From: Myxococcales bacterium
GTDB lineage: Bacteria; Myxococcota_A; UBA9042; JABWCM01; BTVJ01
DNA length: 64,000 nt
Direction of reading: 5' to 3'
Assembly: GCA_045863395.1 (NCBI GenBank)
Contig: BTVJ01000008.1
Location: forward strand, 64,001-128,000
Positions 19,791-29,093 of the stretch are shown piece after piece. Made by a program: the position numbers and the translations under genes. Positions within the stretch are counted from its first letter, which is position 1. The number at the start of each line of letters is the position of its first letter. The notes beneath the pieces were generated by a model. That model saw nothing but the letters and a program-made list of their open reading frames with translations. It was not told the DNA's origin and made no database searches.

Positions 19791-20540
19791 ATGCCGGCTC
19801 GCGTCCTCCTGCTCCTCGTCGCGCTCGCGCTCCCCGCGCGCGCCGACGACCTGCAGCTCGTCGGCGTCTCGCCGGATGGCTCCCAGGTGGCGCTCATCGC
19901 CACCACCGCCGACATGCCGCGGGGCTTCCACGAGCACTCCCTGGAGGTGCGCTCGGTCCCGGACGGCAAGCTGCTCACCAGCGCGCCGCTGGTGGCCGCC
20001 TCCGTGCGCTCGCGATGGGCGCGCGCCGGGGAGTTCGAGCTGTATCGACTGGAAGTGGAGCGTGGCCGGCGTGAGGCGCTCGCCCGGGTGCGCGAGCTGG
20101 GCTTCAGCCCTCCCTTGGCTGTGCCGGCCGCCAGCTCGACGGCGTCGGACCCCCGCCACCCGGAGGACCCACCGATGGTCGCGACCCTCCGCCTCGGGGA
20201 CGCGGACATCGACGCGTCGGTGCGGTCGACGGCCACCTCCGCCGCGCTCGTGCTCCGCTCTGGGGATCGCGAGCTGGCCCTCGACCCGCGCCCGGTGGAC
20301 GTGGTCGCCGTGTCCGGGCGCCCTGAGTCCGTCGTGTTTCGCTGGTTCGGGGTGCGCGAGGCCTGGCGGGACCCGGCGGGCCGCTCGCTCCTGCTGGTCG
20401 TAGACACCTTCGTCCCGGTGCAGCCGTCCTTCGCCGCCCGGTCCGTGCTCGTCATGGCCCCCCTCGGCCCCATCGTCGAGGCGCTGGATCTGCCGGTCTC
20501 CATTGCGGGCGGGCTGGCGTCTCCCCCGCTCGTCCCCTGA
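19791..20540 (+). CDS. Hypothetical secreted protein
   Basis: ATG after GGAG; signal peptide MPARVLLLLVALALPARA; stop overlaps the next start (TGATG). Confidence 0.65.
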   Translation: MPARVLLLLVALALPARADDLQLVGVSPDGSQVALIATTADMPRGFHEHSLEVRSVPDGKLLTSAPLVAASVRSRWARAGEFELYRLEVERGRREALARVRELGFSPPLAVPAASSTASDPRHPEDPPMVATLRLGDADIDASVRSTATSAALVLRSGDRELALDPRPVDVVAVSGRPESVVFRWFGVREAWRDPAGRSLLLVVDTFVPVQPSFAARSVLVMAPLGPIVEALDLPVSIAGGLASPPLVP

Positions 20541-21784
20541 TGCGCCTCGCTGTCCTCGCCCTCGTCTTCGGGGTCGCCACCGTTGCTCACGCGGCCCAGG
20601 TGGAGGTGGTCCCTCCCGGGCAGGAGGGCCTGATCCTCGAGATGCTCGGCAAGGGGGAGGTCCTCCCCGGGGGGTGCCGCCTGCAGGGCGCCAAGGCGCT
20701 GCGCACCTACGTGAGCGCGACCTGGGCCTGTGACGGGGGCGAGGCGATCATCGAGCTGCGGCCCCTGTCGGCGGGCGTCGGGATCACGACCGCCAAGCTC
20801 GCCGTCGTGGCCCGCGGCGCGGTGCCCGAGGGGCTCGCCGACGCCGTCGCGGGGCGGGTCCGCGAGCGGGAGCACCGCTGGCACTGGATGCGGGTGCGCG
20901 CAGAGACGGAGCCCGCGGGGCGCCTCGTGCCCACCGAGCCGCCGCCGCCGTCTGCCGCGGAGGCGCGGGAGCTCGATCCCGCCGTCATGGCGCTCTACGA
21001 GAAGGGCAGGGCGCTCCAGGACGAGGGGCGCCACGACGAGGCCGTCGCGGCCTTCATGGAGGTGGCGCGCAGCAACCCGCGGCTCGGCGGGGTGCTGGGG
21101 ATGATCGTCTCCAACGTGGCGCAGACCCACCCGGACGCAGCGCGGGTGGAGCGGTGGGCGGCCGCCGCGGACGCAGCGCCGGGGGATCCTCTCGCCGCGT
21201 TCGTCGCTGGCGTGGGCGCCCACTACTCCGCCCACTACGGGGCGGCAACCCCGGAGCAGAAGCGGGCGCTCTACGAGCGGGCGGTCGCGTGGCTGGAGCG
21301 GACGGAGACCCCCTACTCCTTCGAGCCGCGGGTGTTCATCTATTTGGCGGTCAGCCACTTCCGCCTCGGGCATCAGGCGCAGGCGGAGGCCCTCATCGAG
21401 CGCGCCATCGCCCTCGACGCCAACGACCCGGACGCCTACTACTGCCGGGCGGAGATCAACCACCGCCGGGATCCCCGCGCCGCCCTGAAGGACCTCGACC
21501 GCTACCTGGAGATGGCGGAGCAGCTCGCCGAGCCCGGCAACCCGGTCGCCGTGGCAAAGACGGACCGCGTCCGCGCCATGAGGTCCCACCTGGAGGACGT
21601 GCTGGCCGGGCGCGCGGCCGCGGACGAGGTCTTCGATCCCCTCGCCGAGACCCACGCGCCGGAGCCGAGCCCCGTGGCCGACGCCCTGCGCTCCTCGCCG
21701 CTGTTCGCGTGGATCATCGTCTTCGCGGCGCTCGTCGCCCTGGCCGTCGCCTGGCGGGCGATGCGGCGGCGCCCCGAGCGATGA
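20540..21784 (+). CDS. Secreted TPR protein with C-terminal membrane anchor
   Basis: Signal peptide, TPR repeats (ALIERAIALDANDPDAYYCRAEI), C-terminal TM followed by RRR. Confidence 0.75.
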   Translation: MRLAVLALVFGVATVAHAAQVEVVPPGQEGLILEMLGKGEVLPGGCRLQGAKALRTYVSATWACDGGEAIIELRPLSAGVGITTAKLAVVARGAVPEGLADAVAGRVREREHRWHWMRVRAETEPAGRLVPTEPPPPSAAEARELDPAVMALYEKGRALQDEGRHDEAVAAFMEVARSNPRLGGVLGMIVSNVAQTHPDAARVERWAAAADAAPGDPLAAFVAGVGAHYSAHYGAATPEQKRALYERAVAWLERTETPYSFEPRVFIYLAVSHFRLGHQAQAEALIERAIALDANDPDAYYCRAEINHRRDPRAALKDLDRYLEMAEQLAEPGNPVAVAKTDRVRAMRSHLEDVLAGRAAADEVFDPLAETHAPEPSPVADALRSSPLFAWIIVFAALVALAVAWRAMRRRPER

Positions 21785-23394
21785 TCTCGTCCGCGTCGCT
21801 GGAGGCGGCGCAGGCGCTGGTCGCGGCCGTCGCCCTCGGCCTCTGCGCCGTCGCGCTGCCCGCCGCCCTCGTCGTGGCGGCCCGCCCGTTCCGCGGGCGG
21901 GAGCGCTGGTGGCTCTTTGGCATCGTCGTGGTCGCGGCCACCCTGCGCTGGGTTGCTCCGCTAGAGATGGTGACCGCCTTCGTGGGCTTCAAGCTCACCG
22001 AGCATGCCATCGCGCTCCTGCCCGTCCCCCACTATGGGATTGGGGGCACCGCCCTCTACCACGCCCTCTTCACGGTGCTGCCACCGGACCACGTCACGCT
22101 CATGGCCGCCAACGCCGTGATGGGCGTGCTCGCCGTGCCCCTGGTCGCGGCCTGGGCGGCGTGGCTCTTCGCGGACCGGCGCGCGGGTCTCCTCGCCGCG
22201 GCGCTCGTGGCCGCGACGCCGCTGCTGGTCCGCAACGACACGTCCGATGCGCTCCAGGTCCCGATGCTGCTTGCCCTGGTCGGCGGCGCCACCCTCCTGG
22301 CGAGGCACCTGCGCACAGGCGCCATCGAGCCGCTGCTCGGGTCCGCGCCGCTCCTCCTCCTGGCTGCGATCTGCCGCCCCGAGGGCCCCTTGTTGGTGGG
22401 GCTGTCCAGCGGGGTGACGTTGCTCGCCCGCCCTCCTGGCTCGCCCCCACTGTGGCGCTCGCTGGTCGTCGCCGCGCTGCTGTGCGCGGCTGTGCTGCCC
22501 CACGTCCTGCACTGCATCAACGCCGTGGACGCGCTCCGCCGCCAGAGCGGCCTGCCGGGCTTCGATGGGTCGGAGCTCTCCGTGCTGCCGTGGACGCTGG
22601 TGTTCCGAGACGTCTTGCTCAGGCCCCTGTCCTTCCCTGTCGGGGTGACCGCGCTGGGGGTCGCGGCCCTCGCGCTGCGGGGGCCCGGGAGGCGCCGCGC
22701 GGACGTCGCCCTCGCCGCCGCCGCGCTCCTCGCCGTCGCGGTGACCGTGGTGGACCTGGACGAGGCGAACATCGAGCGGGTGCAGACTCCGGCGGCGCTG
22801 CTGTGGACCGTGCTCGCCGCCGGTGGTGCGGCCCGCTTGGACCGATGGCGCAGGGCGCCGGTGATAGCGCTCGCCCTGGCCCTGGCGACGGCGCTCCCCA
22901 CGGTCGCTCCCCTCTTCGCGGACAGCAACGAGGCGACGGAGGAGCGCCTGATCCGCGCCTCCCTGGAGGCGCTGCCAGATGGTCCCTTCACGCTGGTCCG
23001 CCTGGACGAAGAGGACAGGCGGCTCGACGACCCCGGCTCCACCCACGTCCACTTCCCGGACTATCTCTTTCGCCCGCCGGCGCGCGAGGGGACCCTCCGC
23101 TCGGCCGCATCGTTCCTGGCGGACCCGGACCTCGACGCCGCGTACTTCTTCTGGGGGATGCGCTGCTACGCCCGGTTCCGCACCCGCGGCACGCCCGCGC
23201 CCCACGGAGAGGACACCCACCCCGCGTGCTCGGCGATGCGGGCCCAGCTCGGCCTCGTCCCCGTCGTGGAGTGGGACGCCCCGAACCGCGGAGACGTCCG
23301 GCTGCCCCTCTACGGAGACGCGCCCACGCTGCGGGTCGGACTCTACCGGATCCTCACGGTCGAGCAGGCAGGTGCGAACAGGCTTTCGCGTTGA
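21781..23394 (+). CDS. Polytopic membrane protein, GT-C (ArnT/PMT-like) glycosyltransferase candidate
   Basis: Many TM helices, RRAGLLAAALVAATP and ICRPEG motifs, periplasmic C-terminal domain. ATG at 21781 overlaps the upstream stop. Confidence 0.6.
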   Translation: MISSASLEAAQALVAAVALGLCAVALPAALVVAARPFRGRERWWLFGIVVVAATLRWVAPLEMVTAFVGFKLTEHAIALLPVPHYGIGGTALYHALFTVLPPDHVTLMAANAVMGVLAVPLVAAWAAWLFADRRAGLLAAALVAATPLLVRNDTSDALQVPMLLALVGGATLLARHLRTGAIEPLLGSAPLLLLAAICRPEGPLLVGLSSGVTLLARPPGSPPLWRSLVVAALLCAAVLPHVLHCINAVDALRRQSGLPGFDGSELSVLPWTLVFRDVLLRPLSFPVGVTALGVAALALRGPGRRRADVALAAAALLAVAVTVVDLDEANIERVQTPAALLWTVLAAGGAARLDRWRRAPVIALALALATALPTVAPLFADSNEATEERLIRASLEALPDGPFTLVRLDEEDRRLDDPGSTHVHFPDYLFRPPAREGTLRSAASFLADPDLDAAYFFWGMRCYARFRTRGTPAPHGEDTHPACSAMRAQLGLVPVVEWDAPNRGDVRLPLYGDAPTLRVGLYRILTVEQAGANRLSR

Positions 23395-23420
23395 CACCCC
23401 GATTATCGAGGGGCTAGTGT
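23391..23420 (+). promoter_or_regulatory. Putative sigma70-type promoter of the phosphonate cluster
   Basis: TTGACA-18 bp-TAGTGT about 70 bp upstream of the pepM start. Confidence 0.45.
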
Positions 23421-23488
23421 AGCGCCGATTTTCCAGAGGGCCCAGGCTGGGCCCACGCGCTTCGCCGCCGGGCGAGAGGGAGTGAGCG

Positions 23489-25147
23489 ATGTCCAAGGCA
23501 GCCAGTTTTCGCAAGTTGCTCGCGAGTGACGGTCCCATCGTCATCACGGGCGCCCACAATGGAATCTCGGCGAGGCTCGTGGAGGAGGCGGGCTTCGAGG
23601 GAGTCTGGGCCAGCGGCTTCGAGATCAGCGCGTCCTACGCGCTGCCCGACGCCAACATCTTGACGATGGCCGAGAACGTGACCGTGGCCAAGGCGATGAA
23701 CGACGCCTGCACGATCCCGGTCATCGCGGACTGCGACAACGGCTACGGCAACGCCATCAACGTGATCCGGACCGTCCAGGAGTATGAGAAGGCTGGGATC
23801 GCCGGCATCTGCATCGAGGACAACGTCTTCCCGAAGCGCTGCAGCTTCTACGCGGGCGTCAGGCGCGAGCTGGCCCCCGTCGCCGAGCACGCGGGCAAGA
23901 TCCAGGCTGCGAAGGCCGCCCAGAAGGACCCGGACTTCGTGGTCATCGCCCGCACCGAGGCGCTGATCGCCGGGTGGGGCATGGAGGAGGCCCTCAAGCG
24001 CGGCCGCGCCTACGCCGACGCGGGCGCCGACATGGTGCTGATCCACTCGAAGAGCCCGAATCCCGCCGAGGTCATGGACTTTGCGCGCCGCTGGGACCGC
24101 AAGACCCCGCTGGTGTGCGTCCCCACCATCTATAAAGAGGCGACCGTCACCCAGCTCTACGAGGCCGGGTTCAAGATGATCATCTTCGCGAACCACGCGA
24201 TGCGGTCGTCCATCAAGGCGATGCAGGAGGCGCTGAACCACCTGCACACCATGGGCTTCACCGGCTCGGTGGAGGATCGCATCGTCCCGCTGAAGGAGGT
24301 CTACCGCCTCGTCGGCGAGCCGGAGATGAAGGCCAACGAGAAGTGCTTCCTGCCGCCGGACGGCGAGCAGGTGACGGCGATCATCCTCGCGGCGGGCTAT
24401 GAGAAGCAGCTCGGCGCCCTCATCGAGGACCGGCCGAAGAGCATGCTCGACGTGCGGGGCAAGACGATCATCCAGCGCCAGGTCGAGGCCCTCAACGCCG
24501 CGAACATCAAGAACATCGCGGTGGTGCGTGGCTACAAGAAGGAGATGATCGACCTCCCCAACATCCGCACCTACGACAACGAGGACTTCGCGGAGGGCGG
24601 CGAGCTGGGCTCGCTGTTCAGCGCGGCGCCCGAGCTCAAGGGGCGGGTCCTGGTGCTCTACGGCGACATCCTCTTCGACCGCAGCATCGTCGAGAAGCTG
24701 CTCAAGAGCCCCGACGACGTCACCATCGTCGCGGACCGGGCGTGGCGGGACACGCGCGTCGGTCGCCAGGGCGGGCGCCCCGACCTGGTCGCCGAGAAGC
24801 AGGCCCCGCCGGCGGGCATCCGGTACCTGGCGGAGGACGCGACGACCGAGGTCGAGGCCATCGGCGCGTCGCTGGACCCGGAGGCCGCCACCGGCGAGTT
24901 CATCGGCATGATGATGCTGACGGACGCCGCGTGCCGGAAGGTGGAGCAGGTCTACCGCGAGGTGATGGACAAGGCGCCCGCGGGCCGCTTCCACGAGGCG
25001 GAGAGCCTGCGCCGCGCGTCGCTGACGGACCTGCTCCAGGAGCTGATCCACCGGGGCGAGACGGTGGGCGCGGTCGGCATCTACAAGGGCTGGATGGAGG
25101 TCGACACCTTCGAGGACTACCAGCGCGCTTGGGCGACCCTGAAGTAG
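23489..25147 (+). CDS. pepM: PEP mutase-family enzyme fused to a C-terminal nucleotidyltransferase domain
   Basis: GAHN, WASGF, DCDNGYG, EDNVFPKRCS, ARTEAL, LIHSK, CVPT, FANH motifs; C-terminal AIILAAG...PKSML...YGDILF...WMEVDTFEDY. Adjacent to ThDP decarboxylase genes. Confidence 0.82.
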   Translation: MSKAASFRKLLASDGPIVITGAHNGISARLVEEAGFEGVWASGFEISASYALPDANILTMAENVTVAKAMNDACTIPVIADCDNGYGNAINVIRTVQEYEKAGIAGICIEDNVFPKRCSFYAGVRRELAPVAEHAGKIQAAKAAQKDPDFVVIARTEALIAGWGMEEALKRGRAYADAGADMVLIHSKSPNPAEVMDFARRWDRKTPLVCVPTIYKEATVTQLYEAGFKMIIFANHAMRSSIKAMQEALNHLHTMGFTGSVEDRIVPLKEVYRLVGEPEMKANEKCFLPPDGEQVTAIILAAGYEKQLGALIEDRPKSMLDVRGKTIIQRQVEALNAANIKNIAVVRGYKKEMIDLPNIRTYDNEDFAEGGELGSLFSAAPELKGRVLVLYGDILFDRSIVEKLLKSPDDVTIVADRAWRDTRVGRQGGRPDLVAEKQAPPAGIRYLAEDATTEVEAIGASLDPEAATGEFIGMMMLTDAACRKVEQVYREVMDKAPAGRFHEAESLRRASLTDLLQELIHRGETVGAVGIYKGWMEVDTFEDYQRAWATLK

Positions 25148-25213
25148 GCGGAAGGAGCCCGGCCCGCAGGCGCGCGGCCGGGCTCTCCGGACCTCACCCA
25201 GAACCGCCAGGAG

Positions 25214-25726
25214 GTGCTCATGGAGCCGAGCGACGGCAAGGTGTTGGTGCAGGCCCTGGAGAGCCATGGCTTCACGTTTGCGGCGGGGGTCCCGTGCAAG
25301 TCGCTGCGTGGCGCCCTGAAGCACGTGGAGTCCGGCGGCGGGGGGACCCCGATGACCTGGCTTGCCGCGGTCTGCGAGCCCACCGCGGTGGGGGCCGCGA
25401 CGGGGGCCATGCTCGGCGGGGGACGCTCCGTGGTGTTCATGTCCGCGGCGGGCCTCGGGCGCAGCCTGACGGCCCTCTGGTCCCTGTCGCGGGCAGCGGA
25501 GCTCCCGCTGCTCCTCGTGATCGCCACCGACGGCGATGCCCACCAGGCGCTGCCTCAGGAGCACGATCTCGGCGCGACGACCGGCGCGCTCCTCGACGTG
25601 CTGGGGGCGGGCGCCGTGCACCTGCGGGCGGGGAGCATCCCCGCTCAGGTGGCCGAGGCGCTGTCGCAGATGGAGTCCACCCGGCGCCCGGTGGCGCTGC
25701 TCGCCGCAGGGGGGGTGCTGGCATGA
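25214..25726 (+). CDS. Phosphonopyruvate/sulfopyruvate decarboxylase alpha subunit-like
   Basis: FAAGVPCKSL, ExxAVGAATGAMLGG, FMSAAGLG, PLLLVI, EH: ThDP PYR-domain pattern. Confidence 0.75.
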   Translation: MLMEPSDGKVLVQALESHGFTFAAGVPCKSLRGALKHVESGGGGTPMTWLAAVCEPTAVGAATGAMLGGGRSVVFMSAAGLGRSLTALWSLSRAAELPLLLVIATDGDAHQALPQEHDLGATTGALLDVLGAGAVHLRAGSIPAQVAEALSQMESTRRPVALLAAGGVLA

Positions 25727-26310
25727 AGCGCATCGAGGCCATCCGTCGCATCGCCGCCCTGATTCCCCCCGATGCGCTGGTCGTCGCCAGCACGGGGCGG
25801 GTAGGCCGCATGCTCTGCGCCGAGGGCGACGCCGACTCCCGCTTCTACCTCCTCGGGGGCTCGGGTCTCGCCGGCGCCGTGGGCCTGGGCCTTGCGCTCC
25901 AGCGCCCCGAGCGCACCGTGGTCGTCCTCGACGGGGACTCCAGCACCCTCATGAACCTCGGTGGCATGGCCAACGTGGCCGAGCGTGGGCCCGAGGGCTA
26001 CTTCCACATCGTCATCGACAACGGCGTCTACGGCGCCACGGGCGGGCAGCGGACCATCTCCGACGAAGTCGCTCTCGAGGAGATCGCCTGGGCCTGCGGC
26101 TACACGCGGGCCGAGCGCGTGGACGAGCCGGACGCCCTGGCTGCGACCCTGGGCGCGCTGTTCGACGAGCCGGGCCCGGCCATGCTGCTCGTCGAGGTCG
26201 AGCCCGAGGACGCCCCCGGTGACGTCCCGCGCATCCCTCACTCACCGGCGGCGCTCGCGGTGCGCTTCCGGGCGGCGGCGGCTCGCGAGGAGACCGCCGC
26301 CACCTCCTGA
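25723..26310 (+). CDS. Phosphonopyruvate/sulfopyruvate decarboxylase beta subunit-like
   Basis: STGxxGR, FYLLGGSGLA, DGDSSTLMNLG...IDNGVYGATGGQRT (ThDP/Mg-binding motif). ATGA overlap with the alpha gene. Confidence 0.82.
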   Translation: MKRIEAIRRIAALIPPDALVVASTGRVGRMLCAEGDADSRFYLLGGSGLAGAVGLGLALQRPERTVVVLDGDSSTLMNLGGMANVAERGPEGYFHIVIDNGVYGATGGQRTISDEVALEEIAWACGYTRAERVDEPDALAATLGALFDEPGPAMLLVEVEPEDAPGDVPRIPHSPAALAVRFRAAAAREETAATS

Positions 26311-26333
26311 CCCCCGCTTCGGAGTCGAGACCC

Positions 26334-27062
26334 ATGGAAGCCGTGATCCTGGCAGCCGGCGTCGCCCGGCGTCTGCGCCCGTACATGGACGACCAGCCCA
26401 AGTGCCTGCTGATGTTCGACGGGCGCTCTCTCCTTGAGCGGCACCTGACCTTGCTGCGCGAGCTGGGCGTCGAGCGCGTGACCATCGTCACGGGCCACCT
26501 GGCGGAGCTCATCGAGGGGCCGTTCCGCGACTTCCCCGGGCTTGCGGTCCGCTTCGTGCGCAACGAGCGGTACACGGAGGGCAGCATCCTCTCCATGCGC
26601 GTGGGACTGGACGGGATCGACCGCGACGCCCTGCTGATGGACGCCGACGTGCTGTACGAGCGCGAGGTGCTGGCGCGGCTGGTCGCGGCGCGAGGTTCGT
26701 GCTTCCTGCTCGACGAGACCGCGGACGAGACCGGCGAGGAGATGATGCTCGGAGCGCGGGACGGGCTGGTGCGGACCATCGCGCGGCGCGTGGGCGACGG
26801 CTGGGACGAGCGCGGCGAGGGCGTCGGCTTCTTCCGCGTGGCAGGCGAACAGATCCCCGCGCTGCTCCAGGCGACCGACGCGCTCCTCGCCGAGGGCCAT
26901 AGCCGCGTCGAGTACGAGGCGGCCATCGACGTGTTCCTGAAGGACCACCCCGCGGGCTACGTGAAGGTGGGCGACCTGGCGTGGACGGAGATCGACTTCC
27001 CAGAGGACGTCCAGAAGGCCGAGGTCCACATCCTGCCGGTGATCCGCGGGCAAGAGCGCTGA
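26334..27062 (+). CDS. Phosphocholine/phosphonyl cytidylyltransferase family (LicC/PntC-like)
   Basis: VILAAGVARRL...PKCLL, MDADVLY, EEM, GEGVGF, EYE, WTEIDFPED. Confidence 0.85.
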   Translation: MEAVILAAGVARRLRPYMDDQPKCLLMFDGRSLLERHLTLLRELGVERVTIVTGHLAELIEGPFRDFPGLAVRFVRNERYTEGSILSMRVGLDGIDRDALLMDADVLYEREVLARLVAARGSCFLLDETADETGEEMMLGARDGLVRTIARRVGDGWDERGEGVGFFRVAGEQIPALLQATDALLAEGHSRVEYEAAIDVFLKDHPAGYVKVGDLAWTEIDFPEDVQKAEVHILPVIRGQER

Positions 27063-27285
27063 CCTCGGTCTGGCCTTGGCCCCGCTGGACTGACTGGGGG
27101 TCTCCCGCCTGCCGCTTGAAGAGTCGCGGGGCGCGGTTCGGTGCTGTGCGGCGAGAGCGCCCGTGGCCTCGGGGGCCGATGTGGCGATGCACATGCGCCA
27201 CTCCCGACGTCATGAGGTCGACTTGACACGCGGCCCTTGCTCTGGGACGCTGAGCCCGCTCACCCAACACCCCTGGAGTTCGACG

Positions 27286-27648
27286 ATGCCGCGCGCTTCC
27301 TGGATCTGTGCCCTGTTCCTGCTGCTCGCCCCCGCCGTCGCCCTCGGCGACGTGATCTCCGAAGACGTCGCCGCCTGTCAGGACAAGAAGAAGGGCGAGG
27401 CTTGTACCGACGGGAGCACGAAGGGTACATGCGAAGACTCCGAGTGCTGCCGCCTCGACTACAGTACGCGCAAGGGGAGCGAGCCCCCCCAGACCGTGTG
27501 CCGGCCCTGCCTGAAGTGCACGCCCAAGGCGGCGCCCGCTCCCGACGCGCCGAAGAAGGGCTGCTCCGCCGCCGGTCTGAGCCTCACGGGCGGCCTCAGC
27601 CTGCTGGCCGGCGCCCTCCTGCTGCTCAGGCTGCGCCGGCGCGCATGA
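27286..27648 (+). CDS. Small Cys-rich secreted protein with MYXO-CTERM-like tail
   Basis: Signal peptide, eight Cys in the core, tail KGCSAAG...LLLLRLRRRA. Confidence 0.72.
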   Translation: MPRASWICALFLLLAPAVALGDVISEDVAACQDKKKGEACTDGSTKGTCEDSECCRLDYSTRKGSEPPQTVCRPCLKCTPKAAPAPDAPKKGCSAAGLSLTGGLSLLAGALLLLRLRRRA

Positions 27649-28751
27649 CCTCATCAGCAGTGTCGCCCGCGGGCGCGGCGTCCAGGCGGTGGCCGACCTT
27701 GGCTGGCCCCACCGCATGGAGTCCCTGTGGTCGCCTGCTGGCGGGCACCGTTCTGGCGGCGCTGGCTGCCACCGCCGCTCCTCTGCTCACCTACGGCACG
27801 TCGCTCGCTCTGTTCGGCCTCGCCCACGTCCTCGTGGAGCTGCGCTATGTGGACCAGCGCTTCGGAGCCCGCGTGCAGGCCCGCCTGCGGGGCGTCTTGC
27901 TGCTGCTCCTGGCGGGGGTGGTCGGGGCGCGCGCCGCGCGAGTCTCCGGCCTGCTCGACCCAGGCATCGCCATGCTTGCCGAGGTTGGCCTCGCCGCCGC
28001 CCTGGCGGCCGCGGTGGTGCCTGCCCTCGCGCGAGGGGGGCGGCTGCCTCCCCTCGTCGCGGGCCTCGTGGCGCTCGCCCTCGGCGCTGCGACCCTGATC
28101 GCTCCCGAGGCAGCCCTGCTCGCCGTGGCGGTCCTCCACAACCTGACGCCCCTCGGGTTCCTGGCAGAGGCCCTCCCACGCCCGGCCCGGCGCCCGCTGG
28201 TCCTCGCCTCTGCCGCCCTGGTCGGCCTCCCGCTGCTCGTGGCGACGGGCCTCCCGTTCCGAGCGCTTGCGGGCGTGGGTCTGGTCGCGCCGGAGGCCAC
28301 GATCCTGCCGACGGGGCCCCTGGCGGACCAGTTCTCTGCCTACCTCCCGCCGTCGCTGCACCTCTCGACGTGGGCGCTCCACGCCTTCTCCGGCGCGGTC
28401 GTCGCCCAGTGCGCCCACTATGGGGCCGTGCTCCACGTGCTGCCGCGCCTCCCCCTCCCCGCCGGGACGGCCCCGACCGTAGTGCCCTGGCCCGCCGCCC
28501 GCCCCTTCCTCCTGGGCGTGGCTGCCCTGAGCGCGGCGCTGCTGGTCGGGTTCTTCCTGGATTTTCGTCAGGTGCGGCAGATCTACGGCGTGGCCGCTGC
28601 CCTGCACGCCTGGATCGAGCTGCCGATTCTGCTGCTCGCTCTGTCTGCCTACAGCCTCACGAGGACGAGCCCCACCGCGAATGACGCCGCGTTGGCCATG
28701 ACGGACGCCAGCGCGGCCCGCGGGGCGCCGAGCGGCACGAGGCGCCCGTAG
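27645..28751 (+). CDS. Polytopic membrane protein with His motifs
   Basis: About 10 TM helices with GLAHVLVELRY, LHNLTPLGF, QCAHY and LHAWIELP; ATGA-coupled to the upstream gene. Confidence 0.68.
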   Translation: MTSSAVSPAGAASRRWPTLAGPTAWSPCGRLLAGTVLAALAATAAPLLTYGTSLALFGLAHVLVELRYVDQRFGARVQARLRGVLLLLLAGVVGARAARVSGLLDPGIAMLAEVGLAAALAAAVVPALARGGRLPPLVAGLVALALGAATLIAPEAALLAVAVLHNLTPLGFLAEALPRPARRPLVLASAALVGLPLLVATGLPFRALAGVGLVAPEATILPTGPLADQFSAYLPPSLHLSTWALHAFSGAVVAQCAHYGAVLHVLPRLPLPAGTAPTVVPWPAARPFLLGVAALSAALLVGFFLDFRQVRQIYGVAAALHAWIELPILLLALSAYSLTRTSPTANDAALAMTDASAARGAPSGTRRP

Positions 28752-28975
28752 ATCACGGCCTCGGCCACCACCACGGACGCCTCGATGAGCGCCGCCCGGG
28801 GCGCGAAGGGGAGGGGAATCCACCCGTTGGCCAGCCAGGCGAAGGGGTGGGTGACCAACGTGGCTGCGACAGCGATCAGGGCGAGGCGCACGGCGGAACA
28901 CGCGCGGCGCGCGACGGCGAGCACGACGGGCACCTCGACGACCAGGGACAACGCCAGCGCCTCAGCCTGCGTCAT
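28649..28975 (-). CDS. Small 4-TM membrane protein
   Basis: LVVEVP...LVTHPFAW...IE..VVVAEA...ANAAS; hydrophobic throughout. Confidence 0.7.
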   Translation of the reverse strand: MTQAEALALSLVVEVPVVLAVARRACSAVRLALIAVAATLVTHPFAWLANGWIPLPFAPRAALIEASVVVAEAVIYGRLVPLGAPRAALASVMANAASFAVGLVLVRL

Positions 28976-29020
28976 GGGATTCCCTGGGCGGCATGGGGTC
29001 GTGCAGCTGTATTCAAGGGG

Positions 29021-29086
29021 GAGATGTAGATGCCCCTCGCAGGGACGTAAGCGGGGGGGGGACGCTCACATCTCACTGCGAGGGGC
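29021..29086 (-). ncRNA. Candidate structured RNA or 5' leader
   Basis: 11-bp perfect stem GCCCCTCGCAG/CTGCGAGGGGC, extended by a second stem that gains two G-U pairs only on the minus strand; alternative GAGAUGU/ACAUCUC pairing. Confidence 0.35.
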
Positions 29087-29093
29087 GATGTGC

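Noticed and set aside
23489..24360. Annotation as isocitrate or methylisocitrate lyase because of KRC
   Set aside because: Lacks the CGH motif, keeps the mutase-type IHS, and is fused and clustered with phosphonate-type genes.
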